64,000 bases of DNA from Cenococcum geophilum (lineage: Eukaryota): assembly GCA_050273025.1 (NCBI GenBank), contig CP158635.1, positions 21,080,001 through 21,144,000 of the forward strand, read 5' to 3'. Below are positions 1-12,913 of this stretch, piece by piece; positions within the stretch are counted from its first letter, which is position 1; each line of letters starts with the position of its first letter. Under the pieces are notes generated by a model. The model searched no databases. It was not told the DNA's origin and saw only the letters and a list, made by a program, of their open reading frames with translations. The translations under genes were made by a program, and so were the position numbers.

Positions 1-148
1 CAACCAAGCTAACAATATATACCCTTTCTTCCTGTTTTCCTGCCTTCTCTCCTTACGTAACGTCTTGACTTCTTACACAGTTTATATATATAGCTTAATA
101 ATATCTACCTTGCTATATATTATCGCCGCTTATACTCACTCCGTAATA
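1..148 (+). repeat. 5' LTR of element 1 (partial)
   Basis: Ends ccgtaata, the RIP form of ccgtgaca at 5736-5743. Confidence 0.95.
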
Positions 149-229
149 CTACATTGCGTTAACTTTATATACCACCTCTGAAATATAGAATAACCCCAAA
201 GCCCCTATAACGGCCGCCGGTATTATATC

Positions 230-3200
230 CGTACTTTAAGAATAACTAGTAAAGATATAAAAGTCTTTTACAGACGCCCTCATATAAAACTAAGCCACTT
301 TAAATTAATAATAAGCTAAATAAGAAGTACGATACTAGTGATTAATTAAGGACCTCTAAGAAGAAATCCGTATACTTAAGATGCTTATATTAGGGCCTTA
401 AGACCGGATATTATCTCTAGAGATAAATACGCGGAACGTAAGCCCTAAACCTATAGTAGCTGTTTACCCTAAACTAACTATTGCACCGTAATAATCCGAA
501 TGGCTACCTAACTCTTTAGTATTTACTAGTAAATATTAAGAGCTCTAATTATTCCTAAGCTAGCTTAGGAATAAGCTAACTAGTAACGCTAACTATTACC
601 TAACTAAAGCTAACCGACTATGTTATGCCCTAAGTTAACTAGGAGGAGAGGCAGCTAACCTTATTAAACCCCTCTAACTGAACTTAGTATAAAGCCTAGT
701 TATACTTCTTAAAGCTACATACAGTAATCCGAACCGCCAGACTACTACTTAAAAAAAGATAAACCATATAGCTTAAGGAATAAAAAGTTTCCCAGTATAC
801 TTCTCTAAATTTAACCGTTACGTAAAGGAGACTGGCAGAAACAACTCTATACTGGTTAATAGCCTTATTAAATCCCTAAGCCCTAAACTAAAAACCTCCT
901 TAATAGGTGTAGACCTACTAGGAGCCCTTAATGCCTGCGCAAACGTTATTAATAAATAGTATAACAATATACTACGCCTAACACCGAAGCCCGCCCCCCA
1001 ATATAATATGGCAACCCCACAAACGTCTACTAAGTTATTGTCTTAGCTTAAGCATTCTAACGCCATAGATATTGACACTAGAACCCTAGAGTACGCCCTA
1101 CTAGGATCCCCTAAATAAGAAAGACGTATTAAGCTAGGCCTCTGCTTTAAGTACAGAAGTAAGGACTATATCTTAAAATACTACCTTATCCCCTTACCTA
1201 CGTCCCGAAACGATTTACAAACGGCCAATACTAGCAGCCGTTTACTATATCAATCTTCTAGTTACCGTCCCCGATCTTTACCTGGTTCCAGCCCCGTATC
1301 TAGTAAGCACTATTTATAAGGGTAAAGCTATAACCGACGTTCTATAGGAACCCCTTCCCGCTTGCTACTAAAAGGTATATTTTAGAGTTAAGTTGCTCTC
1401 CGGGACGGCTCTACCTTAGGATCTCATTAAATGCTTTAGATATTACGAACTCTAACTCTTAGGATTATAGTATAACCATTAACTGTTATCTCTAGTAGAA
1501 TAATTAATAGGCTAATACTTAAGTCCTAATTAATACAGGAGCTAGTGGCATAGGATTTATTAATAAGATCTTTGTATAAGATAATGGTTTTTACCTAACC
1601 CCCCTTAACCGGCATATTGATGTATTTAGATTTAATGGCAAACGTATAGTCTTAGGTTGAATTACCTACGTAGTATACCTAAGACTTTAATACCTAAACC
1701 ACGAAGAACTGATTAAGCTCTTTGTTACTATATTAGGTCACCCAGTAATCCTTAAATAACTTTAGATAAAGCTATATAAGGTGACTATTAATTAGGACAA
1801 CCTTAAGCTTCTATTTACCGCCTCCCGTTATAAGTAAAAGTGCCTTATAACGCACTATCCTAACCCTAAACTAAAATCTAGGAAATCTACTAAAATCTAT
1901 TAGCCTAAGATTTCTACTAATGTCTACCCTGTGCCTGAGAAATCCACTAGATTTTACTAACCTAGGAATTCCACCGAATTCTACTAACGTAAGATTTCCA
2001 CCGATATCTACTAAGGATCTAAAAACTCCACCGAACCCTACGAACAGATTTTAAGTACTATACCGCCCCGAACTAAGTAGAAGCTTAAGCTTACTATACG
2101 AAAATACTAGAAGGACTGGTACTTTACTATAAAGAGTATACTTAAAGAACCTGAACTTAACACTGACTTTATACCTAATACCGAACCCAAAATTAAGTAA
2201 GGAACTATATAAGAAACTATGGATAACTAGAGCCCGCTTAACGCCCTAGATATCTATATAATTAGAGCTACCCCGCTAGCGCGACTCGCTAAGAAACCCG
2301 AATATACGATCTTTGCTATCACTATAGCTAATATTAAGAAGGCCTTAGCACCGAAGAAGTATACTAACCCTGCTATAAAGGTACTAGTAGAATACTATAA
2401 CCGCCTAGAGGTATTCTTATAGAAGGAAGCCGATAAGCTACTAGAACACCAATTATACGACCATAAGATTGTACTGGAAGAAGGAAAGCAGCCTAGATTT
2501 GGACCCCTATACGGGATATCCCAAAACAAACTTTAAGTGCTATGGAAATATCTAGACGAGAACCTAAGTAAAGGATTTATTGGAGTAAGCTCTTCACCCG
2601 TAGCCGCATTAGTAATCTTTGTTAAGAAACCAGGCGGCGGACTGTGCTTCTGTGTAGACTACTAAGCTCTTAACGCCGTTACCGTCAAGAACTAATACCC
2701 AATCCCGTTAATACAGGAGACACTAAACCGATTAAGCAAGGCTCGCTACTATATAAAGCTTAATATTATCTCTGCATTTAACCGCCTCCGTATAGTAAAG
2801 GAAGATAAATAGCTTACCGCATTTTGTACTCGGTATGGATTATTTAAATACTTAGTAACGCCATTCAGCCTCACAAATGCTCCGAGCTCGTTTTAATATT
2901 ACGTAAACAACACCCTACGCCCCTACTTAGACATCTTCTGTACTGCTTATATTAACGACATTTTGATATATAGTAATAACCTAACTAAATATCGGAAATA
3001 CGTTGACTTTGTCCTATAAGCCCTGCACGGAGCTAGTCTATAATTAGATATAGATAAATGCGAGTTTTATAAGACGGAAGTCCTATACCTTAGGCTTCTT
3101 ATTTTTATAGACGGTATATAAATGGACCCGAAGAAAATTAAAGTAATTATAAACTGGTAAGAACTTAAGAACGTTAAGGATATAAGAGCCTTTATAGGAT

Positions 3201-5373
3201 TTGCTAATTTCTACTAACGGTTTATTAACAACTTCTCCGCCCTAGTTTCACCCCTTATAACTCTAACCCGAAAGAATAAAGCCTTTATCTTTAATAAGGA
3301 ATATAAGAAGGCCTTTGCTTATTTAAAGATTATATTTACTACCGCGCCTATACTCTAACACTTTAACCTAAACTAAATAAGTGTTGTAGAAGCTGACTTA
3401 TCTAACTACGTTACTAGAGGCATCCTGTCTCAATATAATAAAAAGGGAGTATTGTATCCTGTGGTATACTACTTAAAACGACTAAGCCTAGCCGAATATA
3501 ACTACAAGATCTATAATAAGGAATTGCTGGCTATTATTAGATGCTTTAAGCAATGGTAACCCAAACTAAAAGGCGCTGGATTCCTAATTAAGGTCCTTAG
3601 CAATCATAAGAACCTATAATACTTTACAACTATAAAACAGCTAAGCCACCGTTAGGCCCGCTAGTTAGAATACCTATCTTATTTCCAATTCTTAATTACG
3701 TACCGCCTAGGCGTTTAAGGCTAGAAGCCTAATGCCCTAACCCGACGCTCGCAAGACGCGCTAGTACTAGAAGAGGCACGTTCTTACCAAAATTAGACCC
3801 TACTTTATCCTAAACTGTTTAACCCTTCTGCTAAAGATCTTATGGTATAAGTCCTTAAAATAACTAATTAATTAATTAAACAGATTATAACTGATAAATA
3901 CCCAAATAATAAGTTTATCTAAGAGACGCTTAAGCTAATTTAAGATAGCGTTAGACGCTCTAAGAAGATCTCTCTAAGTAAATATAAAGCTTGCGGAAAC
4001 CGCTTATATTACCGGAACCGTCTAGTTATCCCCAATTATAATAAACTTAAGCTTAAGCTCCTTAAATACGTATATAACCTATTAGTAGCTAGCTACCTAG
4101 GCTAAGGAAAAACCCTAGAGCTACTTTAACAGGAGTACTACTAGCTAAATATATATAATATAACACGAAAGTACGTCTCTAGCTATTATATCTGCTAACG
4201 AGCTAAAGCTTTATATAAGATATACAACGGCCTTCTAAAGCCATTACCTGTTTCAGACCGAAGATAGAAGGATATCTTAATCGACTTTGTTATTAACCTC
4301 CCCGTAAGTAAGGGCTGCACAAATATTATAGTAGTTATAGACCGACTATCTAAAATAAGACACTTAATTGCCTACCCTAATATGTTAACACCTACCGTCG
4401 CCTAACTGTTCCTAAATTACGTATGGAAACTCTATAAACTCCCTAAAACGATTATCTTTAATAGAGGTAGCTAGTTTATCTCTATATTCTGAAAAGAACT
4501 AACTACCTAACTCCGCATTAAAGCACTATTATCTACAATATATTACCTGGAAATAAATAGTTAAACAGAATGTGTAAACGCTATAATAGAACAGTATATT
4601 TGGATATACACGTCGTATTTATAAGATAACTGGATTAACTGGCTTGCATTTACCGAGTTTACTACAAATAATTCCGTCTTAGAAACCATAAAGATTTCCC
4701 CGTTCTTAGCTAACTACGGCCAGCATCTATAAATAGGTTTTGAACCCTTTAGTAATGTTCCTTACCCTACTTATTACGCCTTATAAGTTATAGAAGTAAA
4801 TAAATTTATAGAGAAGATAGAGGAACTATAACAGTTCTTTACTAACGAAATAATATGGGCTTAATCTATCTATAAAGCTATAGCGAATAAGAAATAAACC
4901 CTAGTACCAGCCTACTAAATTGGTAACTTTATCTAGCTAGATATAAGAAATCTAAATATAAAATAACCTACTAAGAAGCTTAATTAGAAGAACGCTGGCC
5001 CTTATAAGGTTAAGAAGGTTATCTCCTCCCACGCCTACTAACTAAAGCTCCCTAATACGGTTAAAATCCACCCCATATTCTATACGTCAGTCCTCTACCC
5101 CGCTACTTCCGTATTAGACGCCCTACCCGAATAGATATAAGACCCTCCCCTACTAGTTAAAGTAGATAGTAAGAACGAGTACTTTGTTAAAAGAATTAAT
5201 GATATTAAGTATAATAAACGGAAATATTAATATATATATCTTACGAAATAGAGAGGCTTTACTAAGCCTTTATAGGAACCCGTTAACTCTATAGGACTTA
5301 TATAAGCCGCAGAAGACTTTTATAAACTCTATCTAGAACTACTACAGCCCTATCTCGCAGAAGCTCGAGTTTA
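230..5373 (+). pseudogene. RIP-inactivated gag-pol of element 1 (boundaries approximate)
   Basis: De-RIP motifs: CFKCGSEDHISKHC knuckle ~1140-1185; protease DTGASG ~1531; RT LRFCVDYRALN ~2642 and AYIDDILIYS ~2945; RNase H NYEIYDKELLAI ~3500; integrase YHPETDGQTE ~4541; chromodomain EYFVERI ~5176. Confidence 0.9.
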
Positions 5374-5385
5374 AAGGGGGGGTAC

Positions 5386-5743
5386 TGTTACGGGACACCC
5401 CCGTAACACCTTATACACGTCTACCTATTTCCACCAACTTAGCAACTAGAGACTGACTATAAGATGGCAATTTGCGGCAATCTAACGGCAATCTGCCATA
5501 TTCTGCCATATTCCGCTAAGTTCCACTAAATCCTGCCAAGTTCTACTAGGACCACCACCTAAATCCTATTCCGCTCCGTGTACGTATTAACCAAGCAACC
5601 AAGCTAACGATATATACCCTTTCTTCCCGTTTTCCTGCCTTCTCTCCTTACGCAACGTCTTGACTTCTCATACAGTTTATGTATATAGCTTAATAATATC
5701 TACCTTGCTATATATTATCGCCGCTTATACTCACTCCGTGACA
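5386..5743 (+). repeat. 3' LTR of element 1 (358 bp)
   Basis: TGTTAC...GTGACA termini directly after the PPT. Confidence 0.95.
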
Positions 5744-8700
5744 ATAAGGTAATACTTAGTAAGCTATAGTTAGTAAGGGCTAAACTAGCAATATAGCAAA
5801 CCGCAATAGGCCAGGTATCTTATATTATTTAATTAGAAGATAGCGGAGTCGAAATAAGGTTCTTAATATCCTATAAGGACGTAATGTTCCTTAAACTAGA
5901 TAAAGGAATTAGTATAAGCAGTAGTTTAGGAAACGTGTAACCGGTATAACCGCTAGAATTATATTTAGGGTTACTTATAACCTAGCATATTAGGATAAAA
6001 AGGACGCTAAGGACGGAGAGGAGGGAAATAAGGTGCGACTTTAATAAGGATATTTACTATTTTGGATATCCGCTAAATAGGGTAATTAATAGAAAGAAGA
6101 GTATAACGCTGGATAGAGAGAGCTTAACAGCGAAACGTTAAAGGAAGTCCTAAAGAAGCACTTAGGAGGAAGGCAGAAGCCAGTGTTTAAAGTAAAGGCT
6201 AGATCCCTTATATATTAAATGTTAAAGACGACGGATCTATTTATAATATAAATGGAAGGCTATAGGAGTAAGGCCCGATAGAACGCTATAAGGGTAGCAA
6301 CTATATATAAATAAAAGGCAGAGAAAGTCCGCCTGGTTAATTCGTTAGTACTAGATAGAACGGTTATAGGAGGAATAATAGAGTGGCGAGAAGTGGCCTT
6401 GCGTTAGCAAAAGGCGTCTATTTAAGGGTTACCCCTTAGTCTATATAATTATTTCCTTAAGCCGCGGTATACTAAGCTGGCCTATAGTGCATAGCTAAAG
6501 CTAGAATAATTAGAGCGCGTAATTATAGAGGACCTCTAGCTAAGAGAATAAGAAATCTTTAAGGCTATATTATTTAACCGAGAAGAAGCTCTAGTATAGG
6601 AGTTCTCTAAGATAGGTTATATTAGCAGAGACGTAACTCCACTATTAAAGATTAAAACTGTACTATATAAAGTATAGTAAGTGCCAAACTTCCCTATACC
6701 GAGAGCTCTACAAGGGGAAGTAATAGATATATTACAAGAACGACTAGCTTAAGGGACTCTAAAATATTGCGAAAGCCTATATAGAAATCTATGGTTTCTT
6801 ATAAGCAAAAAGGAATATAAAAAGTACTAGCTAATTAACGCGGCGATAAATATCAACTAAGTAACTATTAGGGACGCAAATCTGCCGCTATATGCTAATG
6901 AGTTTTCTAAGGAGTTTGCGGGGTGTAAGGTTATGTCTTTAGTTAACTTCTTCTCTAAATATAACTAATTAGAGCTAGATATAGAAAGTAGGAACCTAAC
7001 GGCCTTTATAATACCTCTAGGACTTCTATAATAAACAATGCTACTTATAGAAGGAATAAATTTAGTAGCCTAGTTTATAAGGACAATTACTAAGATTCTA
7101 GAGCGATATATCCTATACTATACCTTGCCGTTTCTGGATGATATTATAGTAAAAGGACTATAGATAATATATAATGGAGAAGAAAGCCTTCTAGGCGTGC
7201 GTAGATATATTCTAGAATACATTATATGGCTAGACGGAGTACTTGCAGATTTAAAACAAGCTAGGTATACGATCTTAGGCGCAAAGTCTTATTTCTATAA
7301 GGACGAGATTATAGTAGTTAGTTACCGCTATAATAAAAAGGGGCGATATCCGGAAGAGTTAAAAGTCGTAAAGATTATTTACTGGAGAGACTGTAAAGAC
7401 GTTATGTCTACCTAAGCATTCCTAGGAGTTATTGTATATTACTGAATATAGGTAGAAGACTTTATAATAAAGGCAGAGCCAATCTTTTAACTGCTATAAG
7501 TAAATGTTCCGTTTATATAGGGCATAGAGCAGATAACTGCTATAAAGACTCTAAAGTATGTAATTACTACCGCACCTGCGTTAGTTTAACTAGATTATAG
7601 TAAGGGGGCTAGGCTAATTATTTTTGCTATTAATGGATGCAAGAATAGGTGGGGATGCGGTCTTATACAACTGGATATATAAGGTCGTCGCTACCTATAT
7701 TAATATAAGAGCGGCATCTAGTCTTAAGCGGAGCAGAAGTATAATTTAGGAAAGCTTAAATATCGGGCATTGCTATATACATTAAAGAAGTATTAAGTGT
7801 ACCTATACGGCGTCCGCTTTACGGTTAAGACAGATACAAATACCTTAGTCGCGTAACTAAATTGTGCTGCTACCAATTTATTAGGAGTCTTAATAATATA
7901 ATAGCTAGTATAGATCCAGTTATAGGACTTTAATATTAGGCATGTACTAGGGAAGAAGAATAGCCTAGCTAATGGACTATTATAACAACTACTAGATAGC
8001 AAACGACCTAATAAGCCGACTGAGGATATTAAAGAGTTTATTAACTGTAAGCTAAGTGCTTTAGAATATATAGCTAGCCTAGTTAAAATAGAGGTAGATC
8101 TACTACTGGAAGACTCGTATTTAGGGGAGTCTTAAAAGATTATAAAATAGCTAGTAATATTATAATGTCTAGAAGAAATAAATACTAAAGAATTTAAAAA
8201 GTTTAAATAATATGCGCTAAAATTTCTAGTGCGCAATTAACAGCTCTTCCGCTAATAGTAAAAAAATGTGCTAATGTAAAGGGTAATTAATAACAAAAAT
8301 ACTTAGTAAGAGATTATTAAGAACCTTTATGATCGGAGTGGACATTATAGATAAGAAGGAATATATTAAAGAGTCTTAAATTGATATTGGTGGCTAGGAC
8401 TATAGGATCAGATATTATAGCATATTAAGTTGTGCCCGTAATGCTAGGAACGACAGCTAGGATAAAAAGAAGAAGTAATGCACCCTATATAGGAGTCTAT
8501 TTTATATCACCGAGTGACTATAGATATTACGTTTATGCTAATAACTCGTCTCGGTTTCCGATACTTGGCTACTGCTTAAGAATACGTATCTAGATAGGTG
8601 GAAGCTTAAGCCCTTTAGAAAAAGGATATAAAAAGCGTGGTGAAGTTTCTCTATAAAGACGTCATCTGCAGATAGGGAGTATTTAGACAGCTTTCTGTAG

Positions 8701-9554
8701 ATAGTAGTGGAGAAAATGCTAATATAACCGCTGCGCTTACGGAGCTCTATAATATTAAAAGGGTTATAGCTTTCGTATATCACCTATAGGGATAAAGCTT
8801 AATAGAGCAAGGACACAAGCCTATAGTAGACGCTTTGGCAAAGATGGATAGCTTATAGCTGGATAATCTTTATACTATTTTGTGGGTAGATAGAATAACC
8901 GTTAAGTAACCTACGGGAATAACGCTAGCGAGAGTTATATACGGATATGAGTATGTCCTTCCTATTAAACTTTGTATACCTACTTAGCAAACGCTACCCT
9001 AGCAAATAGTCCGGACCACTATAGAGCTACTAGCACTTCGTGTAAAGCAATTTAACTAAAGAGACGCAGATATATAGGAGGCTGTCGCGCGTATAAGACG
9101 ACTAAGGGAGGCAAATAAAGAATATTTTAATGATATCTGCCGTATTTACTAGGACGTATTTAAGGTTAGGGATATAGTTATACTTTATAATACGTAACTT
9201 AAGCAAGACTATTCTAGCAGTTATAAGTTAGATCTAAAGTAGCTGGGCCTATTCCGTATACGTAAGAGTTACCCTTATAAAGGATAGTATTTAATTAAGG
9301 ATCTTAATGGTATACTATTCCGTGATTAAACTCCAGGAAATAGATTAAAGAGGTTTTATTAACAACAGATATCTAAAGTCTACTAGGAAGACTGGCTTAA
9401 CCAATTAGGCGGAACTATGCTATAAGAAATAACAGTAGAGCTAGAGCCTAAGAAAGACATACAAAATCCACTAGTATCGCAATACCGCGTAGTTTAAGAA
9501 GTACGCGTTCTAAAAAGATCGTTTAACAGAACTAAGTACGAAACATTTGACTAG
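5744..9554 (+). pseudogene. RIP-inactivated pol of element R (protease, RT, RNase H, integrase)
   Basis: De-RIP motifs: NPWFLV ~6787, VDFFSGYDQ ~6942, FLDDI 7131-7145 (literal), RNase H KLECRALL ~7752, integrase YHPQGQGLIERGH ~8778, W.GPFR ~9240. ORF-track 7197..7415 is a stop-free piece of the RT. Confidence 0.9.
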
Positions 9555-9899
9555 GGGACAGTTAAGTTCTGCAGTGGGGAAGGGGATGTAGATAACAGCT
9601 GTGTAATTTTTTTATTTACCGTATTTTCTAAAGCTCTTTCTATTACGCGTTCTTATTTACTTTTTTAGTTAGGAATCTAATGCGTATTAATAGTAAGGTA
9701 AGGGCAGAAGAATATTTGCAAATAACTATCTAGTATTATTTACTGCAAAGATATTAGTTCCGCTTACCGCCTTTACTAAGCCAATAGCGATTTTCCATGC
9801 CGGGCATAGAAAATCATAATTGGTCTATTTAATGATTAGAGCCGGCAGAACTCCATACCACTACCTAGATTCGGTAGACCATTTAGATTAAAAAACCCT

Positions 9900-12743
9900 A
9901 TTTAGAACTTTACCTTTTTGCCCTTAATAAACCTTAGAGATGGTTATAATTAGCTAAAGCAGAAATTAAGCAGAATTAAGAATAACGGCACGCTTATTAT
10001 ATCTTTATTTAGCAGATCACTGGTCCTCTATAAAGGAGCTAAGCGATAGATTAGTAACGTCCTAACAGAAGTTAGAGGCTTCGCGGTTAATTAGCGTTAA
10101 GTAGTGCTTATCCAAATCTATAATGAGATTTTGCTCTTACGAGAAAACTACGCAGATGTGGCTAGTGTAGTAGTTAATTTCATTAACTAAGATAACGGAC
10201 TGTAAGCATCTTTAGGAAAGGACGCATTTATATTAATTTTTAAGGACATCTCTAACGTTAGTAAAATGGCTAAAGATTAAAGAAACTAATATAATAAAGC
10301 TAGAGAAATTATCCGAAAGGCCTAGGGACAAGATGTTCTTAACGGACCGCTGAAATACGTAGTCTCCTATAACTTCCTCTTCGCCGTCTAAAAGCTCGTA
10401 ATATACCCACTTTCTAAAGTTATAGTAAGAGTTAATAAAGCTCTAATTAATAGGCTTAAATATCTAGGACGTAGCATTAAGAACACTACTTAACTATAGC
10501 CGACTAATTTTGCGCTCGCATTTAAGATGTTAGGAAGGGCAATATTAGACAAGGTGGTGAATAAGTATAGTTTAGGAAGACACTTAACTGGCTTCCTTAT
10601 TCTAAATAAGGACCTACCGCTAAGAAGTAGGAGACTAACTACTATAGGACTAGAGGTTACTAATGTCAGAATTAGATAAGTAGGAGAGAGCTTAGCTCTT
10701 ACACTGCGAATATATTTACGGTATGCTTCTAATATAATAAATCCCTTAGCCTTTTAGCTATTAATACCTATTTAAGGAGGAGGCGTTAGTATTATACCAA
10801 GTCCGTCCTAATAAGGATCGCCTATATTAGTTAACTCGCCTTTATTATCTATAAACGAGAGCATTCTTACAGCTGGAACGCCTGTTAGCTCGCCCCCGCG
10901 GCTACTAGTATCTTTATTAAAAAGGAATCTAAAAAGGGGGCTAATGATTGCTTACCCAGAAGTAGGAGGGCTAGGAGTAAAATTAATGTTTAATAAGAAT
11001 ATTATTGAGCTGGGAGATGATATGGAGTATATTAAGGAAGCTGCAGATACTATAGCGGTACTCTATATAAAACGAGGATACGACTATAAAAATGACGTGC
11101 TAGTGTATTTTAAGGTGTCCCTAAATTAAACTACTAAAATTAAACTAATAGAGGTTATAAAGCTCTTGCGTAGCTAGTATAGGGTAGCTAGTTCTAATCT
11201 AGAGATATATAAGGTTTGCTAAATACATACTTAAGCAATAGGAGGACGTATGGGTTTGGCGATAAAAGGTCTAAACTATACCGCACTGTATTACAGACTC
11301 CGTTTAATATATTACGCTTATAACCACCTCAGCACTATAAAGACCGATCCTACTACGTACTCTTAGTTTAGAAAGGCTTATAGACCTCTAGTTCCGTCTA
11401 ATTCCTTAAAACCGTATAAGTTTATTTACAACTTAGCACTAAGGTTTTCCTACGATAGAGAGGCTTTGCTTAATTAGATAATGTTACTAAAAGACTAAGA
11501 AGTATAGCAGCGAGAAGAATCCGTAATTTTAAACGTATTTAAATAGTAGTAGGATTTTAGCATCTTAACGATAGTTAATAAGGAAATGCGTATATACCGC
11601 TATTATTAGCGTCTAATTAATAGGCGGCTAAATTATAGCTAGTTAAGAATAATAGTCTACGGTCTCTGCCAGCAGCTAATAAGACAAGATCCTTAGTATT
11701 ATCGTCTCTATTGCGCTCTTAGGCCTAACAGTTAGTGGTAACTTATTTCCTACCCTTATTATACAAAATTCGCGGTTAAAGGAGACTCTACAGCGTTCCG
11801 CTATATTAATATTAATATTCCCTTACTCCTTAAAAGTAGACGCGGTGCTAATATAATTTAAGGAAGCATTTCTCTAGATAATAAGACTAAGGATAACTAT
11901 ATAATTATCCTACCCGGTATATATTATTACTTAGAATTATAGTAGACAGATCTTAAAGCGTAAGGATTAACTAAGGGTAACGGATTTGTGTATAAAATCT
12001 TAGACTATAACTAGATTACTAAGGATATAGAGAAATATACAACTAACTGGGTAGCTTAGCTATATAAGAAAGGAGATATACGTATAACTATGCCTTACCT
12101 TCCTTATAGAGTAAAAGGACCTTTAACTGGGACCCGGCGAATAATACTGCTATAGTTTATTGGCATTTAGGACGATTATAATAACCTTAAGGTCACGGAA
12201 GGAGAAACCTGGGTAGAGCTGGCAGATACACACCAAGACTTAAAAGTGCCGCCCTATATACTATCCGGACATGCTAATCTTTACGGCGCAATCCTATACC
12301 GCTTCCCTGCTATAGTTAAACTTATAGCTGCTAGCGCCTTATCTAACGCTCTTCTAGGTAGACGGCAATAGGATTCTCTGGCGGTAATTTAAGATTATAA
12401 CCTTCTTCTTAATAGTAATAGGAATAAAGTTAGGAAATAGATGCATTCCTACCGTCTTAGGGCTGTTAAAAACTATAAGGATGTGTTTTAGCTTATGCAT
12501 GCAACCAAAATAGAGCGCTTTAATAGCCGCTCGTACTTCTACTGCGTTAATAATAGAATTAATCCTTTAACTGTTGCAGTAGACCTAAGTAGAGTACCCC
12601 CGGTTATTGTAGAAGGATAGAGTTATATAGAGTTGCTTAAAGAATTATAGGATAGAACTGAGCAAATAGAAGGGTACGAAAGAGCTATGTTATCTAAGAG
12701 CCGCCAGTCTAAAGTCTCTTATGCTACTTAGCTAAGTAGATAA
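9900..12743 (+). pseudogene. RIP-inactivated accessory ORF (~900+ codons, start uncertain) with a C-terminal Fe(II)/2OG-dioxygenase-like (PhyH-like) domain
   Basis: One frame, which includes ORF-track 10944..11129, appears to read as protein from ~10116 to ~12740, interrupted by RIP-type TAA/TAG. Literal FRYININIP (11796-11822) de-RIPs to FRHIDxNIP. Literal MPYLPYRVKG (12090-12119) de-RIPs to MPHLPHGAKG. Confidence 0.7.
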
Positions 12744-12913
12744 GAATGGTCTTATTTAACCAGAACGGAGTCTCCTTGTTCCTTGTTTACTATCTTGGGT
12801 TTATAGTAAGGGTAAGGAACGTATACGATTACCTACCGTGCCTTTATTTTAAAGATAAGGAGTTTTAAAGTTTTGGAAGTCGTTAGGGGACAATAACTTA
12901 GGTAGGGGAGGTA

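Larger units (their letters stand above)
1..5743 (+). mobile_element. Gypsy/Ty3 chromovirus-type LTR retrotransposon 'element 1', RIP-degraded; 5' LTR cut by the window edge; inserted in element R
   Basis: Bases 1-148 match the end of the LTR at 5386-5743 apart from C>T/G>A changes. PPT aaaggggggg at ~5373-5382. Domain order is gag CCHC, protease, RT, RNase H, integrase, chromodomain. Confidence 0.95.

Noticed and set aside
7197..7415. ORF-track 72-aa ORF as an independent gene
   Set aside because: It is a stop-free remnant of element R reverse transcriptase, just after FLDDI.
7793..8783. Two minus-strand ORFs (7793..8002, 8538..8783)
   Set aside because: They are antisense shadows of the RNase H/integrase of R with no recognisable motifs.
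10944..11129. 61-aa ORF as a standalone small gene
   Set aside because: It is in frame with the long accessory pseudogene and bounded by RIP-type stops.
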